Positions 19,632 through 29,088 of a stretch of DNA of 64,000 nucleotides are shown here, piece after piece. Each line of letters opens with the position of its first letter. Position 1 is the first letter of the stretch. The notes beneath the pieces are model-generated. The model had not been told where the DNA came from. It searched no databases and saw nothing but the letters and a program-made list of their open reading frames with translations. The position numbers and the translations under genes are program-made. The stretch covers positions 650,880 through 714,879 of the forward strand of contig OY970382.1 in the NCBI GenBank assembly GCA_963719425.1. The letters run 5' to 3'. This DNA is from an uncultured bacterium. Its GTDB lineage: Bacteria; Patescibacteriota; Minisyncoccia; UBA6257; 2-01-FULL-56-20.

Positions 19632-20912
19632 ATGGTTGAGAAGTGGAAAACCGAATCGAACGAACAACCATCGGAGGAACTTATTCGCAAGCTCTCAAAG
19701 ACGGTCCTCCATACCTCAGAAAGAGGACGAAGATCGCTATTCCAGACGTTGACGGCCGCGAACGCCGAAAGGATCGCCGCACTCTCAGAAAAGAAACCTA
19801 TTTTTTATGAGGACAGAGATTCCTCGCCTCAACAACTTCTTCTTGACCCAGAGATAGCCAGCGCGCTTTCGGAAGAATTTTACAAGAACCCGACTCAGTG
19901 GATTGAACAACAAAGTGATATTGATCGCGGACACGCGGAGGGAAGCCTACCTACAGGAGAAACCATCAAAGAACTTTGGCGGAAACCGTACGACGTGAGC
20001 AAGGTGAAAGAATTTGAGGTTGAGCTAAAAGACAAAAAAATCATCGAGATTGTTTCCAAGCGTATAAGGCCAGACCAACTCGCAGAGGTTGCGCGAGCGC
20101 AACGAGCCCTGGAGATGGGGATTCCAACTCCGAAAATCTTTGGGGAAATATTGGATCACGGCAATGCCTATGCGTGGTTTGAACACCTGCCGGGCATCAA
20201 TCTCTTGGCTGCCGAGGAACGGCTATATGAAAAGGGCGACCTTGCCGCGAAGATAAACTCTATCGCCCTTTCAGAAACGTTCTTGCAACTTGAAGGTGCT
20301 CTCGCTAAATTGCCGGCACTTTCTCGCGAGGGACGCGACAGGATACATAGACTCTGGAGAAGGAACCGACATGTCATCGTCCAGCGAGAATCCTTCAGTC
20401 TGCTACAGTCCATTCAGGAGAAGTTTGGCGTAGCCGGCCCTGAGAGCGACGCGAAACAAAGCCTGCATGAATTCATCGATTACATAAATATATCGCACGT
20501 TTTTCGCGAAGGTGTTCAGGAAGCGCTGGCGTCAATCGGTTATGACAATTTAGAGTCGTGTGTCTATGACGTCCAAAAAGCCCAGAAAGACTGGCCACGT
20601 CTGCCTCAAAAAGAAAAAGTTGATGATAAGATGAAAAGAATAATGGAAAGTATAGCCAGGCTTGAAGAGAAATTTAGAAAGGTGATAGTTGAAGACATTT
20701 TTGGTTTTGATTACTTTGAGGAACGACGACGACTCCAAGATTTGTGCATAAAGAAGGGAGTTGAGCATAAGGACCTGAACGAAAGAAATTTGTTGGTACT
20801 GTGGGACTTCAAGAAGAACAGGCCTCTTCCAAGGTCACAAAACGACCCGAAACTTTATATTCTAGATTGGGAGTCGCCATCATCTAATCAGTCGCGTCCC
20901 AAGCCGGCGTAA
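19632..20912 (+). CDS. Protein-kinase-like (RIO/Kdo-type) protein with large helical insertion
   Basis: VSKR..E...GIPTPK...FEHLPG N-lobe; HKDLNERNLL and ILDWE catalytic motifs. Confidence 0.65.
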   Translation: MVEKWKTESNEQPSEELIRKLSKTVLHTSERGRRSLFQTLTAANAERIAALSEKKPIFYEDRDSSPQQLLLDPEIASALSEEFYKNPTQWIEQQSDIDRGHAEGSLPTGETIKELWRKPYDVSKVKEFEVELKDKKIIEIVSKRIRPDQLAEVARAQRALEMGIPTPKIFGEILDHGNAYAWFEHLPGINLLAAEERLYEKGDLAAKINSIALSETFLQLEGALAKLPALSREGRDRIHRLWRRNRHVIVQRESFSLLQSIQEKFGVAGPESDAKQSLHEFIDYINISHVFREGVQEALASIGYDNLESCVYDVQKAQKDWPRLPQKEKVDDKMKRIMESIARLEEKFRKVIVEDIFGFDYFEERRRLQDLCIKKGVEHKDLNERNLLVLWDFKKNRPLPRSQNDPKLYILDWESPSSNQSRPKPA

Positions 20913-20937
20913 GTGCGAGCATGGTATAATTCACAAA

Positions 20938-21891
20938 TTGCGCATCACTAAAAAAACCGGACCCTATCTTGTGTTCTTCGCCGCAATGCTCTGGGCGACG
21001 GACGCGCCGTTCCGCCTTTACCTCACCAAGGGGTTAAGCAGCAACTTTATTGTCCTTGCGGAACACACGGTGGACATACTCGTTCTCCTGCCGATCCTCA
21101 TCGCGGGCTTCGCGGGCATCAAAAAACTTTCGTGGAAGGGGTGGCTCGCGGCGCTTGCGATCGGCATAGGCGGGAGTGCACTCGCCTCGGTCGCCTACAC
21201 GCAGGCCTTCCATTATCTCAATCCATCGGTCGCGATCCTGCTCCAAAAATTGCAGCCCCTGATCGCGATCGGACTCGCAGCCGCACTCCTCAAAGAACAG
21301 CTCGGCAAAAAGTTCTGGCTCTGGGCAGCGGTCGCGATCGCGGGCGCCTATCTCATTTCATTCCCCAATCTGAATCCGCAAGTTTCTTTCGGCGGCGGAT
21401 TGAATCCCAATCTCTTGGGCGTGGGGCTCGCGCTTTTCGCCGCGCTTCTCTGGGGCGCCTCAACCGTGCTTGGAAAATACGTCCTCCGCGAAATTGACTT
21501 TCGGCTCATGACCGGCCTGCGTTTCGCGTTCGGGTTCCTGTTTCTTCTGTTTTTGAATTTCTGGCAGCAGTCATTTCCCGCGCCCGGCCAATTTACTCCA
21601 CGCGACGCGCTCTATATTCTCATCATAGCCGTTGCCTCCGGCGTCGTTTCGCTTTTGATCTATTACAAGGGGCTTGAGTACACGAAAGCGTCCGTGGCAA
21701 CGATTGCCGAGCTCGGATTCCCTATGGCAGCCGTGGTCGTGAACTGGATCTTCTTAAGCGCCGCGCTCGCGCCGATGCAGATCGCGGGTATCGCGGTGCT
21801 GCTCTTCGCCGTCTTCAAGCTCACGGGCAGCAACGAGAAAACTGCCGCTGGCGACGCCGAGGCCGCGGGCGGCGCGGAGGTCGCGGGATAA
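20938..21891 (+). CDS. EamA/DMT family transporter
   Basis: Ten TM segments with duplicated EamA pattern. Confidence 0.9.
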   Translation: MRITKKTGPYLVFFAAMLWATDAPFRLYLTKGLSSNFIVLAEHTVDILVLLPILIAGFAGIKKLSWKGWLAALAIGIGGSALASVAYTQAFHYLNPSVAILLQKLQPLIAIGLAAALLKEQLGKKFWLWAAVAIAGAYLISFPNLNPQVSFGGGLNPNLLGVGLALFAALLWGASTVLGKYVLREIDFRLMTGLRFAFGFLFLLFLNFWQQSFPAPGQFTPRDALYILIIAVASGVVSLLIYYKGLEYTKASVATIAELGFPMAAVVVNWIFLSAALAPMQIAGIAVLLFAVFKLTGSNEKTAAGDAEAAGGAEVAG

Positions 21892-21911
21892 CTACGTGCT
21901 ATTATCTCATT

Positions 21912-22580
21912 ATGAGCGGGCTGCATAAGAACAAGGAATATTTCGCGAGTGTTGACCGGACGGCGGAAAAGGTACGAGAGGAAATCAATAACGGATTGAC
22001 GTTGCTTAACAAAATTGACAAGCCCATTGTCACGTTTTTCGGTTCCCACAGGGTTTCGCCCAAGAGCGAATACTATCAGCATGCAAAACGGGTTGCGTTT
22101 GAACTTGGGGAAAAGGGTTACGCAATATTAAGCGGGGGTGGGCCAGGCATTATGCATGCGGCGAACTCCGGGGCAACTGAAGCAAAAGCGCCCTCCATCG
22201 GCCTGAGAGCGGAACTTCTCAAGGGAGAGAAGGTTCGTGATCCTATTTTCACTCATGAGCTATCTTTCCATTTTCTTTTTGCCCGGCGATTTATCATGGC
22301 AATAAAAAGCGCAGCTCTTATTTTCTATCCCGGCGGCTACGGAACCCTCAACGAACTTTTTGAATATACCGTTCTCATGCAAACGGAAATTGTTGATACA
22401 GTACCAATTATTTGCACAAACAGGAAATACTGGAATGGTCTATTGGACTGGCTAAAAGACAACCCTTTAAAACAAGATTTTCTTGTCCACGACCTCCAAG
22501 ACTTGAATTTGCTTCATCTTGTTGATGACGTTGAAGAGGTGACGCGGCTGATTGAACTCAGTCGGAACATAACTTCCTGA
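21912..22580 (+). CDS. LOG-family nucleotide phosphoribohydrolase
   Basis: SGGGPGIM, PGGYGTLNELFE. Confidence 0.9.
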   Translation: MSGLHKNKEYFASVDRTAEKVREEINNGLTLLNKIDKPIVTFFGSHRVSPKSEYYQHAKRVAFELGEKGYAILSGGGPGIMHAANSGATEAKAPSIGLRAELLKGEKVRDPIFTHELSFHFLFARRFIMAIKSAALIFYPGGYGTLNELFEYTVLMQTEIVDTVPIICTNRKYWNGLLDWLKDNPLKQDFLVHDLQDLNLLHLVDDVEEVTRLIELSRNITS

Positions 22581-22920
22581 TAGCTTCAATATCCTTTGTG
22601 ATTGCCGCGACGAGGTCTTCTTGTTTCGCAAATTTTTCGCCGTCGCGAATTTTCTTGTACGCGACAACAATGAGCCGCTCGCCGTACAGCTCTCCGGAAA
22701 AATCAATGAGGTGCGCCTCCACGACGTTTTTCCCATTCTCTTTGTAGATCGCCGCGGGATATACGGTCCCCTTCCACATTACCTCTCCCGCGTAAATGCC
22801 GCTCGGCACGGACTGCGCCGTACGAATGTTCGCCGTTGGGAACCCAAGCTTGCTCCCTTCCCTGTCTCCTTGCTGCACGACGCCCTCCACCCTGAAAAGA
22901 AAGTCGCGGTTTGAGCGCAT
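22558..22920 (-). CDS. Monofunctional riboflavin kinase
   Basis: LGFPTAN, VEAHLIDFSGELYG, IRDGEKF; no FAD-synthetase domain. Confidence 0.88.
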   Translation of the reverse strand: MRSNRDFLFRVEGVVQQGDREGSKLGFPTANIRTAQSVPSGIYAGEVMWKGTVYPAAIYKENGKNVVEAHLIDFSGELYGERLIVVAYKKIRDGEKFAKQEDLVAAITKDIEAIRKLCSD

Positions 22921-23009
22921 ATCTTTCAATTTTACCACAGCACCGCTGCGCGTCTCCGTCACATCGTCGAACCAGATGCACCAAGAAAAACACGTGATAT
23001 ACTGAAAGC

Positions 23010-23327
23010 ATGAAGAGGAACGAATGTTGCCGTGTTATTATAAGCGCTCCTTTTAAGAAAGAGGCCTACGTCATTTCAAAGAGCCTTGTCCAGAAGAAAT
23101 TGGTTGCCGGGACTATAATCAACAAGGGAGATTGCCACTACTGGTGGAGTGGCAAAGTTGTGGCAAAAGAATATTACAATGTTGAGACGTTTTCCCTTCT
23201 GCGGCACAAGGAGAGGATTATTAGCGATGTCAAAAGACTCCATAGCGATAGGTGTCCTATCATTGCCTTCCACGAAATTGATGGCAATAAAGAATTTCTG
23301 AATTGGATTCGGGAATCTGTCTTATGA
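23010..23327 (+). CDS. cutA: CutA divalent-cation tolerance protein
   Basis: LVQKKLVAG...YWWSGKV...LH...P.I...GNKEFLNWI. Confidence 0.88.
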   Translation: MKRNECCRVIISAPFKKEAYVISKSLVQKKLVAGTIINKGDCHYWWSGKVVAKEYYNVETFSLLRHKERIISDVKRLHSDRCPIIAFHEIDGNKEFLNWIRESVL

Positions 23328-23977
23328 AAATCACCCGTCGCGATACAAAAGAAAAAATTTTTTTTCCTCCACCGCTTTACGTATCGGCCATCGTGGCCAC
23401 GGCAGAGAGCGATGGCGGGGACGTGTTTGATATAGCCCTCGGCCTTACGCAAAGCATGACCGCTAAGCTTAAGGAGCGATCCATTGACCCGACGGACGAT
23501 GCAATCCAAAAAAATACCGGCGATCGAAAACGTTTCGGCGAAGGGTCATATGAAGCATGGTATACGAAACAGCGTGTTCCCTTCGCACTTATCCATAGAT
23601 CAACCAACGCGCTCGCCGCGCTCATTTGGCTCGGCCCTAAACCACTCGGGAAAAAATCGGCACGGTTCTCAACTTCAGCGAAGGCGGCCGCCACGCCTCC
23701 CTCAACTCTCGATAAAATAGCCAACGCGCGCGGCGAGTGGCATACCGTCACGCTGCGCTCTTATCCTCCGTTTCGAGGCAAAGGCTTAATGAAAGATTTT
23801 GCACGATTCGCGATTGCGATTTATCGAGAACGTTTTCCCGGTGCGCGGTTTTGGATCGGAACCGACCCAGAAAACAGTGCGATGATCGCGCTTGCCAAGA
23901 AACTCGAATTTATCACGCGAGAGGAACTTTCCGACCGCTCTACACACTGGCTTGTGATGACGCAGGACTGGAAGTAA
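23324..23977 (+). CDS. GNAT-family acetyltransferase
   Basis: FRGKGLM, N.AMIALAKKLEF; ATGA overlap with cutA. Confidence 0.75.
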   Translation: MKITRRDTKEKIFFPPPLYVSAIVATAESDGGDVFDIALGLTQSMTAKLKERSIDPTDDAIQKNTGDRKRFGEGSYEAWYTKQRVPFALIHRSTNALAALIWLGPKPLGKKSARFSTSAKAAATPPSTLDKIANARGEWHTVTLRSYPPFRGKGLMKDFARFAIAIYRERFPGARFWIGTDPENSAMIALAKKLEFITREELSDRSTHWLVMTQDWK

Positions 23978-24002
23978 GCCGCGAAGGGAGTATAATGGAA
24001 CC

Positions 24003-24449
24003 ATGAAAATCACGGTTATCCTCTTCGTCTTTGTCTCGGCAGGACTGCTTTTTTCCGGTTACTTGAGCGCCGTGAAACTTTTCTCCGGTACCTGCGCATT
24101 CAACGAATCGTGCCCGTACTTTTTGGGCTATCCCGCCTGTTGGTACGGATTTTCCATGTACCTTTTTATGTTCATCGCGACGGGCATAGGACTCACACGG
24201 AAGCTACCCCTCTCCGCCCTGTGTAAAGCAGACGCGACGGTATCGCTCCTCGGCATCATATTCGCAGGCAGTTTCGTTATCCAAGAAATCGCGGCGGCGC
24301 AGGTTACGGGAACGCTTGGACTCTCCACCTGCGTGTATGGCCTCATTTTTTACATCGCCATTTTTGCGACCGCCCTTGTCGGCCTCGGAAAATCCCGTGC
24401 CGCCACGTCCCCCGCCACAGAACGCCCCGCCACAGAACACCATGTATGA
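24003..24449 (+). CDS. VKOR-like / disulfide-bond membrane protein
   Basis: Four TM segments; loop cysteines TCAFNESC and FLGYPACWYG; second Cys pair atypical. Confidence 0.55.
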   Translation: MKITVILFVFVSAGLLFSGYLSAVKLFSGTCAFNESCPYFLGYPACWYGFSMYLFMFIATGIGLTRKLPLSALCKADATVSLLGIIFAGSFVIQEIAAAQVTGTLGLSTCVYGLIFYIAIFATALVGLGKSRAATSPATERPATEHHV

Positions 24450-25536
24450 GCACGTCTTGAGACCGATCCTTTTCCGTTTTGATCCGGAAGGGGTGCATGA
24501 TTTTTTTGTAGCGCTCGGCGAAGCGCTCGGAAAATTTTCTCTCACGCGCCGCATCACGGGCACTTTTTGCGAATACGACCACCCCGCCCTCCGCACGCGG
24601 GTGCTCGGCATTGACTTCAAAAATCCCGTCGGGCTTGCAGCGGGATTTGACAAAGATATGCGCCTCACGGGGATTATGCCGTCAGTCGGATTCGGCTTCA
24701 TGGAGGTTGGCGCGGTGACGCACTATCCCTACGAAGGGAACAAGGGCCTCCGGCTCGCCCGCCTCCCGGCCGACCAGTCGCTCATCGTCTATTACGGCCT
24801 CAAGAACGTCGGGGCGGAAGCCATTCAGAAAAAACTGCAGCGCCTGCATTTCGCGATACCCGCGGGCGTAAACATCGCAAAAACAAATCGCGCGGATATC
24901 AAAGGAGAAAAATCGATTGAAGATTATGCTGCGACTTACCGGATGCTCGGGAAATATTTTTCGTACGTAACACTCAATGTTTCCTGTCCCAACGCGCAGG
25001 ACGGTTGCATGTTCCAGGATCCAAAACTGCTGGGCGGCCTTTTGAAAACGATCGCAAAAGAAAAAAAGCCCTGCCCGGTGCTTCTCAAAATTTCCAATCA
25101 TCTCACCGAAAAGGAGGCGGATGAAATCCTTGCGGTCGTAAAAAAATATCCGTTCGTGGACGGATTCGTCGTCGGCAACCTTTCCAAACGGCGTGACATC
25201 CTCGCGCTCAAGTCACCGAAGGAGCGGCTCAATCTCATCCCCGCGGGCGGCATTTCGGGAAAGCCCATCCGCGACCTTTCCACAAATCTTATCCGACACA
25301 TTTACCGCACAACGAAAGGGAAATACATCATTGTCGGACTTGGCGGAATCTTCACCGCGGAAGATGCGTACGAGAAAATCAAGGCCGGCGCCTCGCTCGT
25401 GCAGATCATCACTGGACTCATCTACGGCGGACCGACGGCAGTGAAAAAGATCAACCGCGGTCTCGTGCAATTCCTCGCGCGCGACGGCTATTCGCACATA
25501 AGCGATGCAATTGGGAAAGAAACCGGGCGGTCTTAA
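24442..25536 (+). CDS. pyrD: Quinone-dependent (class 2) dihydroorotate dehydrogenase
   Basis: DPEGVH, NPVGLAAGFDK, NVSCPN, GGISGKP, GASLVQ. Confidence 0.93.
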   Translation: MYEHVLRPILFRFDPEGVHDFFVALGEALGKFSLTRRITGTFCEYDHPALRTRVLGIDFKNPVGLAAGFDKDMRLTGIMPSVGFGFMEVGAVTHYPYEGNKGLRLARLPADQSLIVYYGLKNVGAEAIQKKLQRLHFAIPAGVNIAKTNRADIKGEKSIEDYAATYRMLGKYFSYVTLNVSCPNAQDGCMFQDPKLLGGLLKTIAKEKKPCPVLLKISNHLTEKEADEILAVVKKYPFVDGFVVGNLSKRRDILALKSPKERLNLIPAGGISGKPIRDLSTNLIRHIYRTTKGKYIIVGLGGIFTAEDAYEKIKAGASLVQIITGLIYGGPTAVKKINRGLVQFLARDGYSHISDAIGKETGRS

Positions 25537-26090
25537 GTAATAGTCGTGGGCTCGCGCTGCTCATACAGCGCTTTCCTGCTTTTCCTAAGCAGCCAGTGCA
25601 CGAACCACGCCGAGGCAAGGCCGACGAGCGCACCCCCCAGAATATCAAACGGCCAGTGGACGCCGACGTAGATGCGCGCGATGCCCATAAGCGCGGAAAG
25701 CCCGAAGAACCACCATCCCCATTTCCGATTCGCGTACCACGCGACGAGCGCGAGTGCGAAAAACCATGCCATGTGTCCCGAGGGAAAAGACCAACCGGAT
25801 TCCGCGATGAGCGGCGCGAAATTATAAAACGAGAATGGACGCTCGTGATGGTAAAAAAGTCGGATGATTTCGGTGAGCAATCCGCGCGCGAGCATGACGG
25901 CAATCGCGCCCTCGGCAAACAGGTAGAGCTTTTTCCGTGAGCCGCTTTCGTACCACACAAGCAACAAAAAAGCCGCGACCAGGAGGTACGGCAGATACTC
26001 CGCAAGAAAGATGCCGAGATCGTCAAGAAAAAAATTCCGGCCGGCGAACTGATGGACAAGTTGAAAAAGCGCTTGGTTGAATGCGGCCAT
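25533..26090 (-). CDS. PAP2-family phosphatase (BcrC-like undecaprenyl-PP phosphatase)
   Basis: ERPF, SFPSGH, ARIYVGVHWPFD. Confidence 0.9.
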   Translation of the reverse strand: MAAFNQALFQLVHQFAGRNFFLDDLGIFLAEYLPYLLVAAFLLLVWYESGSRKKLYLFAEGAIAVMLARGLLTEIIRLFYHHERPFSFYNFAPLIAESGWSFPSGHMAWFFALALVAWYANRKWGWWFFGLSALMGIARIYVGVHWPFDILGGALVGLASAWFVHWLLRKSRKALYEQREPTTIT

Positions 26091-26122
26091 ATCACTTAAT
26101 TAAACCACATCCGCTGAGCGAA

Positions 26123-26326
26123 CTACTTAGCAATGTAGGCCAAAAGGCCCATATACCGCGCGCGCTTGATCGCCTGCGCAAGCTTCCGCTGGTGCTTTGC
26201 GCAAACGCCCGTGTGGCGCGGATCAATGATTTTCGCCTGGCTGGAAACAAAACGCCGCAGGAGATCCACCTCCTTATAGTCAACGTTCTTCAAATTCTGC
26301 GAGCAGAAAAAACACTGTTGGGGCAT
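26123..26326 (-). CDS. rpsR: 30S ribosomal protein S18 (Zn-binding form)
   Basis: CFFC...DYK.VDLLRRFVS...TGVCAKHQRKLAQAIKRAR. Confidence 0.97.
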   Translation of the reverse strand: MPQQCFFCSQNLKNVDYKEVDLLRRFVSSQAKIIDPRHTGVCAKHQRKLAQAIKRARYMGLLAYIAK

Positions 26327-26362
26327 TGTGCTAGTAACGAGTTACCGGTAACCAGTTTCTGG

Positions 26363-26935
26363 TCATATTTTTTTTACTTGCAATGAGTCTAACTCCACTG
26401 CCGTGTCCCTACCGAATATGGGGACTAATACCTTCACGCTTCCCTTTTCTTCGTTCACTTCCGCAATCTTGCCGTCGTAGTCCTTGAACGGCCCGTCGGT
26501 TATTTTTACCAAATCGCCCACCTTGAGGTCAAGAACCATCTTGCTTTCGGCAGCGCCCGTGCGCGCGAGTAACTGGTCCACCTCTTCCTTAGAAAGCGGC
26601 GTTGGCGTCGTGTTGTCAGGACCGACAAACCCCGTCACGCGCGGCGTATTCCGCACCACGTACCACGAATCCTCGGAGAGGATCATTTCCACGAGCACAT
26701 AGCCCGGGTAGATCTTCTCCTCAATGGTCTGACGCTTGCCGCCTTTCACTTTGACCATTTTTTCCTTCGGAACCAAAATGTTGAATATCTTGTCGCCCAT
26801 CGTGAGCGACTCCACGCGTTGCTTCAAATAACGCGCAACGGCTTCCTCATAACCGGAATACGTCTGCACCGCGTACCATTGTCGCGATTTCGTCTTCTCG
26901 CTGTGCATGCCGGGACGCGAAGGATATAATGCCAT
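26363..26935 (-). CDS. nusG: Transcription factor NusG
   Basis: WYAVQTYSGYE, IYPGYVLVEM, VRNTPRVTGF, KOW DGPF. Confidence 0.97.
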   Translation of the reverse strand: MALYPSRPGMHSEKTKSRQWYAVQTYSGYEEAVARYLKQRVESLTMGDKIFNILVPKEKMVKVKGGKRQTIEEKIYPGYVLVEMILSEDSWYVVRNTPRVTGFVGPDNTTPTPLSKEEVDQLLARTGAAESKMVLDLKVGDLVKITDGPFKDYDGKIAEVNEEKGSVKVLVPIFGRDTAVELDSLQVKKI

Positions 26936-26936
26936 G

Positions 26937-27125
26937 TTAGCGGGTAATCAATACTTTAATGACGTTGGTAAAAAGATAATCCCACAAACCGAGGAACGCA
27001 GCGATGCCGAGAGAAATGCCGATCACGATCATCGTGAGCCGCACGGCCTCCTCGCGCGTCGGCCAGTTCACATGCCGCAGCTCCTGCCGCGACTCCGCAA
27101 AAAAATGTTTGATGCGCGCGAACAT
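26937..27125 (-). CDS. secE: Preprotein translocase SecE
   Basis: ELRHVNWPTREE followed by a TM; upstream of nusG. Confidence 0.95.
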   Translation of the reverse strand: MFARIKHFFAESRQELRHVNWPTREEAVRLTMIVIGISLGIAAFLGLWDYLFTNVIKVLITR

Positions 27126-27311
27126 AGTAATCACTATACCTCCCTAAATAAAATACCGCTATATCTGCGGCATTCGGAGGCATTGTGGGAAGTATAGCGC
27201 CGCGAGAGACGCCCGTCAAGCTTTTTCAATATGCTTTCATCGTAATGATAAAAAGAACAATTGCAAGCTTTCTTTAATAATTTTTTAATGCTCCCTCCAC
27301 ATAATTTTACC

Positions 27312-27679
27312 ATGCCCAGACCTGGGTATTTTAGAAAACGTCGGGAGCGGCTCCTGCGGGAAGACCCGCACTGTTATTGGTGCCGAAGAGAATTAAAACT
27401 ATGCCCCGACTACGGAAAGAACGGCTTTAAGGCGACGCCCCCGAAGATTATGCCACGATTGACCACCTTACCTCGGCGTTTATGGGGCCAAGAAAAGATG
27501 CCCAGATGAGGATGCGGACGCTCGTGCTTGCCTGCCCACCATGCAACAACGCGAGAAACGCAAAAGAAATGAAACGGCACCCGTGGCTCGTCCGATGGAA
27601 ATCCGGTTCATTCCCGTCCCCCCTGCGATGGCTCGGAAAATTATTGAAACAACACCGGTCGCGTAAACTTGAGGATTAA
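27312..27679 (+). pseudogene. HNH endonuclease split by a frameshift
   Basis: CYWC in one frame; EDYATIDH...LACPPCN in another; the switch is at the C5 run 27438-27442. Confidence 0.75.
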
Positions 27680-27795
27680 GCCGTGCACCGGCCTGGACGA
27701 TTTTCGAACGATTTTGTCCAAGTCTAAGGTTGTAAGAAGTTTATAAGCTTAGATCTGGAGGGGCGACCGAGGCCGCCCCCCGGGTTAAATAAAGG

Positions 27796-28785
27796 TCACT
27801 TCTTGAGATACTCGATCGACCGCTTTGTATTCGGCCGAAGGTTGTGGTCGTTCTCGTTGATCTCGAGAACGAACGGCATTCGCAAACAGTTCAAATCGTT
27901 GACGACGATCGGCAGCTGAGTGATGTCGCCCTCGCCGAGGGCAACGCCCTCTTCGAAGGTTCCGCCGTTCCGCGTGTACAGCCCACGGCCATCGTTCAGG
28001 TGAACAAGGTCCGTGGAATGGAGCGCGCGAACATCTCGCCACAGTCCCGCTCGAAGATACTTTAGGTCCTCTGGGAAAAGGATACCCATTGTTTCCTTCT
28101 TAGAGAGCTCTGCCATCTTGTAAATGGTGCGACTGTGGCAGAGATCCAAACAGACGCCGACGCCGGAGGCCCGAAGTTCTTGGAAACCCCAATTTCCCGT
28201 AAGATAGAAGGGGTTGCGGAGATCCCGCAGGACAACTCCACGATACTGACGTTCGTCACTGCTGAGATCGCCGAATTCTGGAACAGGTACTGTTTCCACT
28301 TTAAGGGCGATGCCTTGCAATAGCGCATAACTCGCCAAATGTCCGAGGACCGGGCAGATACGCTTTTCGAAGTAGCGGCGCCACGAGGCTGCGGTTTGCT
28401 CGATAAACTCCTCCTCCGTCACGAGCGTATTCAGGTGAAACGTGACGGTCCGAGAACTTCCGATCGGAAGTTCTTCGGCGAAGAGAATACCGGCATTTAC
28501 GTGCCGGATCGCAACCTCCGTATTGTGCAGGAAATCGATCTCGCCGATCGGCAGGTTCGAGAGCATGATAACGACCGGCTTATTGCCATACCGCTCTTGG
28601 ATCTTTTCGAGATTGGCATACTGGAGTTTGCGCTTCTCTCCGGTCACGCCCTTTAATCCGCCTCGGATCACAAGCATAAAACCGAAGTCGTAGCCTGCCT
28701 CTTGTAGCAAGCTACCGATCTCAAAGCTTCCCCCGATGTCACTTTCAAACTCCGCGACCGTAGGGACAAACACTAAGTTTTTCAC
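27796..28785 (-). CDS. Xylose-isomerase-like/AP-endonuclease-2 TIM-barrel protein
   Basis: KVET, CLDLCH, VHLNDG, VLEINE metal ligands; AGGAGG RBS before GTG. Confidence 0.75.
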   Translation of the reverse strand: MKNLVFVPTVAEFESDIGGSFEIGSLLQEAGYDFGFMLVIRGGLKGVTGEKRKLQYANLEKIQERYGNKPVVIMLSNLPIGEIDFLHNTEVAIRHVNAGILFAEELPIGSSRTVTFHLNTLVTEEEFIEQTAASWRRYFEKRICPVLGHLASYALLQGIALKVETVPVPEFGDLSSDERQYRGVVLRDLRNPFYLTGNWGFQELRASGVGVCLDLCHSRTIYKMAELSKKETMGILFPEDLKYLRAGLWRDVRALHSTDLVHLNDGRGLYTRNGGTFEEGVALGEGDITQLPIVVNDLNCLRMPFVLEINENDHNLRPNTKRSIEYLKK

Positions 28786-28887
28786 CTCGCCCTCCTTTTC
28801 CTTTCAAGCTGCTAGATGCAGCATCTATACGCCGTAATCAGAATAACATATCAAAGACCATATGTCAAATTTTATCATTTCGACTAA

Positions 28888-29065
28888 TGCGCACGAGGTA
28901 GGATTCGAACAAAAAAGCGCTGCCTCACGCTTTTGGAACCGTGCGGAGGCCGAGCAAAAAATCCGCGAGCGAATAGGAAATCCGCCGGGCACCCGGGAGC
29001 AGCGACAGGGTGGCGGATTTCCGTACATGAGCGAGCTGGATTTTTGCGAGGCCGGAGAGGGTTCC
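28888..29065 (-). repeat. tRNA 3'-end-like fragment plus long imperfect palindrome
   Basis: Minus strand GTTCGAATCCTACCTCGTGCGCA (28888-28910); nested stems GGAACC/GGTTCC, GCAAAAAATCC/GGATTTTTGC, GGAAATCCGCC/GGCGGATTTCC. Confidence 0.7.
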
Positions 29066-29088
29066 GAAAAATCGGAAGGGCTGCGCGC

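Noticed and set aside
28888-29088. Intact or intron-containing tRNA
   Set aside because: T-stem partner, D-arm and anticodon arm not found
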